A stretch of 49,095 bases of DNA. It comes from Euglena gracilis (taxonomy: Eukaryota). A model generated the notes under the pieces. It did no database searches and was not told where the DNA came from. It saw only the letters and a list, made by a program, of their open reading frames with translations. The stretch is taken from positions 9,612,634 to 9,661,728 of the forward strand of contig CP154954.1 in assembly GCA_039621445.1 (NCBI GenBank). Direction: 5' to 3'. Positions 38,394 through 49,095 of the stretch are shown piece after piece; the first letter of the stretch is position 1; the number at the start of each line of letters is the position of its first letter. The position numbers and the translations under genes were made by a program.

Positions 38394-38825
38394 GGGAATT
38401 CTCCTGCTTCCCACACCTTTGATGGATCCTCTTCCACTCAAACAACCATAATAATTGTTGAAACTGGGCCGTGCACTCTCCTGGCTTGCACACCTGGTCC
38501 ACGGTTTGGGTCGAGTCCACGGTTTGCCCGGCTTGCCCTTCCTCGACACGGGCTGCCATTGGCTCGAGGCCACTTGCCTTCTTGAGTCAATTGTTGATGA
38601 TGAATTCATTGAATTGCCTTCAGTTGCACCATTGCCTGTCTTCGGCATTGCAAACTCTTGATTGGTTGACTTTGAACCTGAGATAGAGGGACTGGAAGAT
38701 AGATATACACATTCTCCAACATGGTAACATTCTCCACATGGAGATGTGGTTGGGTTATGCAAAATATTGCGGGGGTTTTTAATGCCCGAGGATGTAAACC
38801 CCTCAAAAACATGACCCCGGCGTCC

Positions 38826-41800
38826 CTAAAGATGAACTGGGGGTGTAACATTTCGGTTTGAATTGTACCCCCCTCCCTTCCAACCGTTGCCTTTGGAAGA
38901 ATCTTTCCCTTGGCCTTTGCCTTTGCCTTTTCCTTTTTGGGAAGATTGTTGATTCCAATTTTCATTCGATTGGCTGTACCCCCTTCCCCCATATCGTCCT
39001 TGGCCTTGATAATTTTGAGCACCCTTGAAACTTTGGCCTTTCCAAGAGTTTTGGTTTTGATTTTGGGGTTGCCAAGTTGGCCAAGGAGACGATTTTGGTG
39101 GTGCTTGAACCCAAACTCCACCATTGGTATTTGGCACAGATTTTGGAAGTTCTGCATTTTGTGTAAGATTTTGGGCCTGACTTTCAGTGGAAATGGGAAC
39201 AGGACCATTCGAAGCATTGGGCAAGTCAGAACCTGTGGACTTGGGTGTAGAAGATGTTGGAGATGCCACCTGCTTTCCAGAAAAAGAACGTTTCTTTGAG
39301 GGGGAACCCTCCCGACTGTTGGATTTTCCCCCTTTGTTCTCCGCCCCCACCGATCGAGAACGTCTGTATGAGGTTTGGCTGTGATTGGGGTTTAGCATTA
39401 AGTCTTGCCGATCTCTGAGTGCCAATTTTGAAGTCACGAGACGGAAAATGTCTTCAACACTCAAATTTGGTTCATTTTCTCGAACCCGAACCAAAACATT
39501 GGAATCATTAAATTCTTTCCCATTGTAACTTTTGAGTGTTTCACAACTTTGCACATCAGGCAACACAATTTCGAATTCCGTCTCACTCAATTTTGTGACC
39601 CTTGTGGGTTTCTTCCCAGCGAAAATCATCACAAAATTTTCCATAATGGCTGTGGAGGTTGGCTGTGGATAGTTCATTCGAACGGTTGGTTGGCTGGTTT
39701 TGATCCGTTCTTCCTCATCAGTAATCCAATGCACAATAAAAGGAGGCATTTTTTCGATGAGTAATCTTTTCACCTCCCCCTCACTAGCATCCTTGATTTT
39801 CTGTCGACACAACTTGAAGTCAACCTTGAAATTTTCCCAATCACGACTTGTAACCCTCCCTTGATGGCATAATGTAAGATCCCGAAAGTTTTTTCTGGCC
39901 CCAAACTCTTCATTTCTCGAATGCCAGGCATCCAACTTGGCCCACACTTCATTGAAAGTGAGTGTCTCCCCCATTTCATCCAAATGCAAATTCAGCTGTT
40001 TTTCCCCAAATCATCCAAACAAAGTTCTAGGAGGCCCAATTTATCAGCTTCTGAAACTTGATTGAATTTTCGGATGAATCTCCCCCACTCATCCTTGAAG
40101 TTTGGCCAATCACCTGCATGACCTGAAAATTTCGGGACAACAACATTTCACAAAATGTGTTGTTTAGCTGCAGACGCCACAGTCATCATTGGTGACCGTT
40201 CAGATGCCCCCCCTATGGCATTGATACTCACCTGGCCCACCATTAATGATCCATCCCCTAAATCTGGGCCCCCTTCCAATCCCAGATTAAGATCCCAGAT
40301 TTCAATTGGCTGAACCGGCTTCACTCCCTTAATTCCAACAAAACCAGAATTCGGCTTAAAAACTGGCTTGGGCTGTGTCACCGTAGATGCCTTGGGCTGA
40401 ACCGTTTCAGTCAAAACTTGTTGCACCCTCCTTTCAATGGCCTTCAACCGTGCCTCAAAATTGTTGCACAGATTTTGGACAACCTCCCTATGGCTTTTTT
40501 CCTTCGAAAAATCTGTTTGAATTTTGCCCAAAATCGCACAAAACTGCTGTTTCATACAATTTTCCATGTCATTTCGCCACTTGTCAAAATGTTCTTCTTT
40601 TTGCACTTGTCTCATTTTTTCCTCCATCATTTGGGTCATCATGATTTCCATCATTTTTCTGACCTGAGCTGCCATTTCCCTCCGAACCTGAATTTGTATC
40701 GTTTCTTCTGTTTTCCCCATCATTTCAACAACTTTGTCCCAAGGCACCTCCTGGCTGCCCAGAAATTTCTCGATCCCAGCCAATCTGTCCCCCAGAGCTT
40801 TGCTCTCCTGATTCACTGTCTGAAATCGCTGCTGCATATCACTTACTAGTGTTCCAAAATTTGTCTTAGAGTCCTCCCCAACAGTTTTCAGCCCAGCAGC
40901 AATTTCAGTGAATCGTTGGTTTACCCCAGAGCACAGCTCACGGTTTGCATTCTGAAGCGCAGAAATCTCTTTTTGCAACTCCAATTTGTTTTCTCCCGCA
41001 GCCCGAGAACAAATCCCAACTTGGTCAAAAAGACCTGAAAATCTGGCTTCAATTTCCTTTTCCCTTTTCAAAATTTCGCTCAACTGCCCATCCAAAAAGC
41101 TCTTCACAGATTTCTCAAAAATCTGGGATTTTCCTTCAACCTGTCTTTCAACTTCGATTGACAAAAGTTGCTTGTGGCAGTTTGCAATATTTTCCACAGC
41201 ATTCCCCCCTTGCTGGCACTGTGAAATAAAATGGCTGACTGACTGCTGAATTTCCTCCTGAGTTTTCTGTTTTTGCTGTTCAAACTGGCTGCAAATTTCA
41301 GCATTTCGCCGTTCCACATTTTCCTGAATTAAATGTAAAAGTTCAGCCTGTGCTCGAGAATTTTTTGCACCCAATTCTCGCTCAAAATTTTCCAGCCGGT
41401 TTTCCACAACAACCTGGGGGGGTATAATACTTTCCCAGTGAGTTAAACTTCGGTTCAGCTCAGCTAATTGGCAATCCACCCCCTGGGCCCAATTATCCCA
41501 TGCGTCCCAATCTGAAATGTCAGCCCCCCCCACCTGAACTCCTAAATCAGGTGGCTGGGGTTCCATTTCTTCATCCTCCTCCACCTGGGTTTTTGATGTT
41601 GCCACATTAAACACCCCCGATGATGATGCACCACAACCCAGATTTACAGATTGCACCCCAGAAAATTTTGATTCAGAATACATTCTGGTCGATTCCGAAA
41701 AAAATGTCTGTCCATCGACAGTTATTTCGTTGTGGCTGGCTGTCCCCCTGTCTTCCAACAATAAAATTGGAGTTACCCCCTCAATCTGGGGTATTTCGGC

Positions 41801-42754
41801 TCCAAAATTTGGAAACTGATTTGGACCAAAAATCTGAAACCTGGGGGGTATCCAACCTGCAGCCACCAAAAGTTGTTCTGTTTCTTCAAACTGGCTGAGT
41901 CCTGACCCCCTGTCACTGTCAATTTCACTGTCGCTTTGATACTGGGGGGGTGAACCTGTCCATTGTACCAACTGATTTTCATCCCCCCCCTGTGATTCCT
42001 GGGGACTGGCCGTTATCATGTTAATTCCAAACACATTTTCTGGGTTCCCACCTGAAAAGTCTGAGCTTGAAATTTCTGAACACGCATCAGAGCCAATTTG
42101 TGATTGAGAATTCCTTATTTCCACAGATGCAGAAGAATTCAGGTTCACTGATTCCAAAAAAGCTTCACTGATTTCTACAGATGCAGAAGAATTCAGGTTC
42201 ACTGATTCCAAAAATCCTTCACCAACAGAGTTGAAGCTGCCTCTGTTAATCATGTTTAGCCGAGGGCTGCAACTTCCAACATTTCCACAGATTCTGTTGG
42301 TATGACCAGCAGAACCTGTCTCTGTAATCATGTTTAAATCTTCAGCAAGATTACTGCTGGCTGTGCCATCAAAATTGTCCGTATTTTCTGGGCTGAAAAT
42401 TTTTTTGTCAACTGGGTTGGCAAAAACTCCTCTGCGTACCATGTTTACCCCGGGCGCCCCCCCTGCGGGTGTCGGACCGAAAACCCCAGCCCCCTGGCCG
42501 GCTGATTCCTGCCCGTCACCCACCCCTGGGGCTGCCATTCCCTGGCCAGGGCCCAGTGTTTTTCCGGGTGGTGGAGGGCTCAGGCCACCCCCCGTTTCGC
42601 CCACTGGTATACCCCCCGACCAGAGGGGGGTGCGTAGGATCGAATTAGCTTTTTCGTGGAAATCTTGTACAAAATCAAAATTCCGCTCCAATGAAAATGT
42701 TTCTCCAAACTTTGATCCCCATGAGGCCATTTCACTCCTCCTTTCTTCCGGCAT
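38826..42754 (-). pseudogene. gag: Very long Gag-like region (~1300 aa reconstructed): acidic/coiled-coil N-terminus, capsid-like core, RRM-like module, G/K-rich tail
   Basis: The 868-aa ORF starts inside the 5' LTR. An in-frame TGA (40148-40150, possibly CGA>TGA) is followed by VPKFSGHAGDWPNFKDEW, and a 1-nt shift near 40000 joins the 387-aa ORF. Confidence 0.75.
42427..42441 (-). promoter_or_regulatory. Primer-binding site TGGTACGCAGAGGAG (initiator-Met-like)
   Basis: Starts with TGG immediately after the CA of the 5' LTR. Equals the complement of a tRNAiMet 3' end (TGGTAGCAGAGGA) with one extra C. Confidence 0.7.
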
Positions 42755-43097
42755 GCAAAAGATTGAGAATGGGTAAGGGTGGTGTTTTGTTCACTGAAAT
42801 GGTGGTCAAAAAGCAACATTGACACACCGTGAATGAGGAAAGGTGGGACCTGACCTTTGAACTTGAAATTCTCAAAAATGACAATTCTTCAATGAAATAA
42901 TTCTTGAGGACTTCAATTCTCAATTGTATGCAACAAAGAAACCCACAAAAGTCTGCGGAAGCAAATTGTGCTGAATTGGAACCTCAAATTAGGCTTTTCC
43001 TATAGAACGCGCGTTCTGCGCGGAATGAAAAATTCCGTGTTTTCAAAAGCTTCCGCCCTGCCATTTTTGACTGTCGGACGCCCCCCGACAGTCGACA
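42442..43097 (-). repeat. 5' LTR (656 bp)
   Basis: Direct repeat of 30360-31017; 9-bp-stem hairpin GACTGTCGG..CCGACAGTC at its outer end. Confidence 0.95.
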
Positions 43098-44205
43098 TAA
43101 CTTTTGCGCAAATGCGCGCATAAAAAATACTTGTGACACATCAAACAGCGGAAGGATCTGTGTGCACCTGAAGGTGTCAATCAGAACCGTTATTTTATTT
43201 TTGAAGCGCGCAAATGCGCAAATAAAACAGGAACACTTTTTAAAAAGGAAGAATTCAACTAAACAGGACCCTGAGCCGGTGTTTTGGGTGACCTCGACGA
43301 TGACGAGGCCCACTGCGGCCCCCAGCGCCTCCGCCGGTACCCCCTCTCCGCTGGCCTTGTAGACCAGGCACCGCACTCCTTTCTCCTCACCGGCCGGCCT
43401 GGCCGCCACCACCTCCTGGAGGGCCCCGCCCTCCTTGGACGTGATCTCCGACTCCACCGCCGGCAGCGCGAAGGAGGCCCGCAGCTCCTCGAACTGCGCC
43501 TCCACCCAGAAGGGGGCGGTCAGCACCGCCGCCAGGGCCTCGGCTCCACCGGGCTCCAGGTCCACGACCCGAGCCGCGCCACTTGCAGGGCGGCGACGGG
43601 CACCGTCCGCTTGAAGCGGCTCCTCTCCGTCGCGTTGTGCACTGTGATGGGGGCAGTGAGTGAGGGAGACTACAGTTACACTACCGCACAGCATGCAATC
43701 CACCGTGCGCGCGTGCTGGTCTGCTGTCATATCCAACACCACAGTTGCACCCCAGACCCCAGAGCACTGGCACACCGATCTGGCCGTGGATGTTGGGGTT
43801 GTCGCTCCTCCGCGTGAAGGCCACCCACATCTCGTGGGTGGCCTCCGTCACCGCCTGCTCCAGCTGGGCCAGCCCGATCTCCGGGCTCTGCAGCGCCGCC
43901 GCCACCTGGGCCCGCGCCTCGGGGGTCAGCAGGCGCCGGAGGGACCGCATGTGGAAGGACAGCAGCGTGCGGCCCCTCGCCGCCAGCGCCGACTCCACGC
44001 TGAGGAGGCCCGCCACCGCCTCGGGGGTCTCCTCCACCAGCCGCTGCAGCGGCCCCCACATCTTGATGACCTCGCCTTGAGGCAATGACATAAGACACAC
44101 ACACCTCATCCATGCATCGCAGGAGGAAGGATAGTAGAAGGGAGAAAGGGGGTGGGAGGGGGGGGAGGGGGGGGGGGTGGGGGGGGGCGGTGGGGGAGGT
44201 TGGGG

Positions 44206-44224
44206 GTTTTTTTTTTTTTTGTTT

Positions 44225-44281
<57 letters not shown>

Positions 44282-44315
44282 TTTTTTTTTTTTTTTTTTT
44301 TTTTTTTCTTTTTTT
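44206..44315. repeat. Poly-T tract adjacent to a G-rich tract, intronic
   Basis: Direct reading. Confidence 0.9.
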
Positions 44316-44650
44316 GATGCGCGCAATTGTGCAAATAAAACAGTACACTGTCATTCAATGCACAGGCAGACTGGCAGTGGGCTCACACCTGGGGGACCGA
44401 CCGGTCCCAGCCGGCCTGCCGGTAGGCCGCCGCCAGCCGCACCGTCGGCACCGTGGAGATGTCCTTCCCCTTCACCAGGAGGTTGGCGAACTGGGGGATG
44501 GACAGCTCCTTCACCGCCGACTGGATGGCCTGCGCGTCTCCGCCGGCGGCCCGCCGCAGGTGCACCGGGGTCATGGGGTGGAGGATGGTGGCGAGGACGT
44601 ACTTGCCCTGGCAACAGCCCTGCACTTGAACCTTTGTATTTCAGACACAG

Positions 44651-44740
44651 GAGGGGCTGCACGAGAGGGGCTGCACGAGAGGGGCTGCACGAGAGGGGCT
44701 GCACGAGTGGGGCTGCACGAGAGGGGCTGCACGAGAGGGG
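44651..44740. repeat. 14-bp tandem repeat GAGGGGCTGCACGA (~6 copies)
   Basis: Direct reading. Confidence 0.9.
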
Positions 44741-45479
44741 CAAAATAGAAAACACACAAACAAATGCAGGGCTGAACCCTTCGGGGGGTTCAACTTCTGG
44801 GATACAGCGCTGGAATTACACCAGAGTTACTCACCCGGCCAGGGGGAGCAACAAAAGAGGACTGGTGTAAGGGGTCCCTGGCCACTCACCACGCAGCAAA
44901 CTGGGCCAGAAGCGAAGTTAGCGCCGGCCATAAACAGACAAGAAGCCTTAGTGCAACTAAGGGGTTCAACTTCTGGGACCTGAAGCCCTCCGCCCAGCGC
45001 TTCAGCGCCGAGGTGATGTGCTGCCCCGACATCAGCACGTAGTGGTCCTCTGTGGGGACAATGAAGGGATGTGCGCGCAATTGCGCAAATAAAACAAACG
45101 ACATGTGTATGTGCGCGCAAATGCGCAAATAAACACATTGTGCATGTACGTGCGCGCAAATGCGCAAGTAAAAAGGTACTGTGTGCTTGTGCGCGCAAAT
45201 GCGCAAATCAAATCTGACTTCCAATGCATTGCACGCGCTCCAATGCTGAACCCTGCACACCAATAGAGTTTCCAGAGACAAACTCATTCCAGACAAACCA
45301 CCACACCTGCAAACACCCACATATGACACAGTCACACTGAGAGACACACCTTCTTCTCGTCTTCTTCCACACGGTGACCCGCACCATCTCCAGCGGGGGG
45401 TTCAGCTGCAGCTGCCGCAGCTTCCGCTCCACCTCCGTGTTGTCCAGGGGCTGCGTCTGCCCCTCGGACTGTTTGTAGT

Positions 45480-46730
45480 GGCTCTAGGCGGTAGACTGGG
45501 GGGGGGGCGGTCCTGGGTGGTCGGCCGACTAGTCGGCCGACTAGGCCTGGTCGGCAGCTAGTCGGCGAGACGGGGGGGGGGGGGAGTGGGTGGTTGGCGG
45601 ATTAGTCAGCCGACCACCCACTCTAATGTAGTTACGGGCCAGTCTCGCCGACTTTTTATGAAGAAAATTGTATGCAAACTAGTCGGTGGCTAGTCGGTGG
45701 TCATAAAAATGGTCTGTGGCGGGTCCAAACCACCCGGAAATGGTCCGGATGGGTCCAAATAAGTGCCTTACACCAACAGGAACACCCTCAGATGGAAATC
45801 TTTGGTCGGTGGGGGGTCGGTGGGCCCTTGATGGGGTCCGGAGGGGTAAAAAACCAATGACGAAACAGGGATTACATGAAAATCCTTTAGAAATGCAAGC
45901 ATTCTGCATCACGACAGGCTGAAAACTCCCCCCTCCACCCCCATCCGAGCCTCAGATAACAAAATCCCTTCTGTGTTGGCATCATACTCGGGGGCTAAGT
46001 CGTTTTGTGGCTCACTTTGGCATAGGCGGGGGGGCTCCGCCCCCCCCCGCACCCCCCCCTCAAATAACAAAATCCCTTCTATGTTGGCAACGTACTCCGG
46101 GGTTAAGTCGTTTTTGTGGCTCACTTTGGCATAGGCGGGGGGGGGGGCTCCGCCCCCCCCCCCCCGCACCTCAAATAACAAAATCCCTTCTTTCCTGGTA
46201 TCATTCCCCGGGGTTAGGTCGTTTTTGTGGTTCACTTTGGCATAGGGGGGGGGTGCTACCCCCCCCCCCCCCCCCGCACCCCCCCCTCAAATAACAAAAT
46301 CCCTTCTATGTTGGCAATATACTTGGAGGGCTAAGTCCTTTTTGTTCAAAATTTGACTTATATTGACTTATATACAACGGGGAGAGGTGTTCTTTGCCAA
46401 AAGTGGCCCAAAATGGACATTTTGCCCCCAGTTTTTTGCATATTCACCCCCGATTGGGGGGTTCTGGAGCCATTTGGGTGGGTTTTGACTGGCGTTGAGG
46501 TGATTTGGACAAAAAAATTTCTCAGGGGGGGGCTTAAAAGTCGGCGAGACTGGCCCGTAACTACATTAGAGTGGGTGGTCGGCCGACTAGTCGGCCGACC
46601 ACCCCCTACCCCCCCCCCCCCCGTCTCGCCGACTAGCTGCCGACCAGGCCTAGTCGGCCGACCAGTTGGGTGGTCGGCCGACTAGTCGGCCGACCACCCA
46701 GGACCCCCCCCCGCAGTCTACCGTCTGGCA
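45480..46730 (-). mobile_element. TIR element inside a coding exon with the geometry of a euglenid non-conventional intron
   Basis: Long TIRs (CAGACGGTAGACTG / CAGTCTACCGCCTA on minus). Removing 46730-45480 (1251 nt) joins DLQP-D-YKQSEGQ in frame and removes a TAG. Internal ~110-bp tandem units at 45958-46310. Confidence 0.65.
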
Positions 46731-48125
46731 CTGGTTGTAGGTCCACGTGCAGCACGTCCAGCGGCAGTTTCGTCCCCGTCGACAGCACCCACTGCTTCAC
46801 CTCCTCCTTGTACACCTCTGCGATGGGGAGGTTCCGGGCGGTACTGCGGGGCCGGATCCGCCCCGGCTTGGCGGCGGGCTTCGGCTCCTGCGCTGCAGCG
46901 GCCTCGGCCGGGGCGGGCTCCGCTCCAGCCTCCGCCGCCTCGGTCCCGGGCTCCGCCTGCCCGGGGACGGCAATCCGCCCAAATTGTGACAAAAAATCAT
47001 CCGACTTGGGCATTTTCAGGCAAAAAATGGAAAAAGTGTGAAACGTTATCACGGAACGTACAAAATTCTGGTCCGTAACAAGGGGGGGGGTATGGATATG
47101 CTACGTTTTTGTAATCTTTCATGGCGTATCTGTGTCAAAAACTGCCCAACACAAACCGGGGGTGACACGTCACGCATTCGGGTCGCGAAACAGTTAACGC
47201 ACTGGCGGTTTACCGTTGGACATCCGTAGGCCTGGAAGGTGTCTGGAGGGGAGTTTTCAACTTTTTTCTTTTTGCGAACATGCACCTGGTTCTGGCGCAT
47301 GGAATGATCCATAAAATAAAGTGTGGTATGGCTTGTATCAAAAGTTACTAAACCGTCGCCTCATTAGTGAATCCGCTCAGTCGGACCCCTCGAAGGGGTA
47401 CACACGAGTCGCCCTCGGCTCCATCGTGTCCCGACTGCTGGTGGCCGCCCCGCGCCCTGCAGGGTCCACCGGTACCCGCCCGCCCGCCCGCGGAGGTGAC
47501 TCGTCGCCCGCCAGCGATTCGAATTGCGACCGTCGAGTCGGTCGCTCCGGCAGGGACCCCTATGACGAGGACTCGGCAGCCACGGACAACGGCAGATTTG
47601 CGGTGCACCACAACATTAATTTTTTAAAATACACTTTTGATGCGCGCAATTGCGCCCACAAAACGCAATCTGTGGCTTCTGGGAGGGGGGTGTGACCCCC
47701 CCGTCCTCAAAAATGTTCGTACTCTCAATCCTACGGAGCTACAAACATTCGGTACCTTCCCACCTGCTTTCAGAACACAGAGACTTCCCGAAACAAATAT
47801 GGAGCACGTACAGGTGTGCAAACGCCTGGACTAATGGGCCACTATTTTCAGAGGGGACTGAAGGAACTCTTTGTCAGACACAGTACACGTAAAAGGCCTA
47901 TTGCGCATGTCACTTAGGATCAATGTGAAGCAGTTCACACTTTTGATGCGCGCAATTACGCAAATAAAAAGTGTAAACTGTTTCGTAAGATACAACCGTA
48001 TTGACAGCATCACCACACACGTGCACACTTTTTTTTACGTTTGATGCGCGCAAATGCGCAAATGCTAAGTAACACTTCCGTATTCCTGAGGAAAGAATGT
48101 TAGCAGGACAACGGTGATAGTGAAT

Positions 48126-49095
48126 AGAGCCCCCCAAATTGCCTGACCAACCGCGAGTCTGGCTGCTGCCTCCCCAGGAGCCCTCTCCTGGCGTGGACGG
48201 CGGCGACCCAGCATACTGTCCCAGTGGACCTGGCACAGGTCCAACTCCGCCTGCGACCGGCGACTGCTGCCAGCCTGCGCGTCGTAGCACAGCCGGTCCA
48301 GCTCCGTCGCGGCGTCGGCAGAGGGCACGTGGTCCTTCAGGAGCGTCCGCAGCGCGTACTGCAGCACGTCCTTCAGGGCCGTCTCGCCCTTCGGTACAGC
48401 GTCGGGCTCCAGCAGGGATGGCGGACCCACCCAGCCGTCCGGCCACCGCAGGACCACCGACTGGTCCCCGGACTCCTCACCTCGTCCGCGTCCAGCTCCT
48501 CGGGCTGCCGCCGTCTCTCCGGGCGCTGCCCCCTCACCGACGCGAACGTCACCATCTGGTGGACCAGGCGGTCAGGGGCGTCCAGCGGCGGCCGCAGCTC
48601 ATTGCCGTCCAGCAGGTAGTCCAGGTTGCACAGGCAGTCCGCCATCCACCGCCGGTCCACCCCACCCGCTCGCAGCTCCCGGGCACCGTGGTGCCCCTGC
48701 CTCACCAGGAGGTACAGGTCCATCACGTGCTCCACCGCCTCCGGGTGGTGCTGCATCGAGCCGCCCAGCCTGCTGAGGGTGGCCTCGTTCACCTCCTCCG
48801 AGAAGCAGCAGGCGGGCAGCTGCTCGTGCCACCGGTACCACATCAGCAGCGCGCATGCCAGCGTCCGCACGTAGTCCGAGTGGCCGCGCGGCCGGTGTCC
48901 CGGTGTCGGCGCCTCCAGGTGCAGCAGCATCGTCAGGGCGTTGCACAGCACCTTGCGCGCCTGTCCACCGGTCTGCGGCCGCCGCCTCCCAGTGGCACTC
49001 CCGCACCTGCCACCCCAGCGCGAAGCAGGCCGGCGCCCACACCAGCAGCAGGTCCTCCAGCGCCTGCGGCACCGCCAGGTCCCGCTCCAGCCTCT
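48126..49095 (-). pseudogene. GC-rich coding segment of unknown function, frameshifted at least twice, running off the window end
   Basis: Strong GC3 codon bias across ORFs 48599-49072, 48373-48951 and 48065-48457; contains DYVRTLAC..LPACCFSEEVNEATLSRL. Confidence 0.55.

Larger units (their letters stand above)
30360..43097 (-). mobile_element. Full-length Ty3/Gypsy chromovirus-like LTR retrotransposon carrying C5 and N6A DNA methyltransferase domains
   Basis: Direct LTRs with TG...CA ends; TSD TAAC (30356-30359 and 43098-43101); PBS; PPT; domain order gag-(MTases)-PR-RT-RH-IN-chromo. Confidence 0.95.
28615..46956 (-). pseudogene. Multi-exon GC-rich gene (disrupted) with an N-terminal ParB/Srx-like domain. 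Approximate exons: 46956-46731, 45479-45350, 45050-44960, 44619-44387, 44076-43775, 43632-43273, 30300-30065, 29879-28615
   Basis: High-GC3 segments bounded mostly by GT/AG (e.g. donor at ~44386, acceptors at ~44620 and ~29880). GQTQPLDNTEVE..VRVTVW..YVLMSGQHITSALK resembles the ParB-N G.H...A signature. Several frameshifts (~29700, ~28850). Confidence 0.55.

Noticed and set aside
39995-40010. Programmed -1 frameshift at GGG AAA AAC within gag
   Set aside because: Imperfect heptamer in frame and located mid-capsid; a 1-nt loss in the A-run is more parsimonious.

Overview
Eukaryotic, repeat-saturated genomic DNA, most likely from a euglenid. The evidence is a 73-bp exon of a kinetoplastid-type ATP-phosphofructokinase at 3.4 kb, GC-rich exons, and CAG...CTG base-paired intron-like inserts. 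The main feature is a complete, young 12.7-kb Ty3/Gypsy chromovirus-like LTR retrotransposon (30360-43097, minus strand). It has TG...CA LTRs about 99% identical, a TAAC target-site duplication (TSD), a PBS and a PPT. Its pol begins with two tandem DNA methyltransferase domains, a C5-cytosine MTase and a Dam-like N6-adenine MTase, ahead of protease-RT-RNaseH-integrase-chromodomain. It also has a ~1300-aa Gag region with an RRM-like module and a single in-frame UAG between gag and pol. The element sits in an intron of a degraded multi-exon ParB-like gene whose introns carry a recurring GCGCAA(A/T)TGCGC motif. The first 28 kb is a nest of non-autonomous DNA elements: CAG..CTG MITEs with 8-bp TSD, TA-flanked MITEs, GGAG elements with 3-bp TSD, and TSD-less long-hairpin elements that look HUH/rolling-circle-like. 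It also holds a hAT transposase remnant, a 2A StopGo motif, a tRNA-like insert and microsatellites. All calls are by eye, with no database searches. Some frameshifts may be homopolymer sequencing errors.
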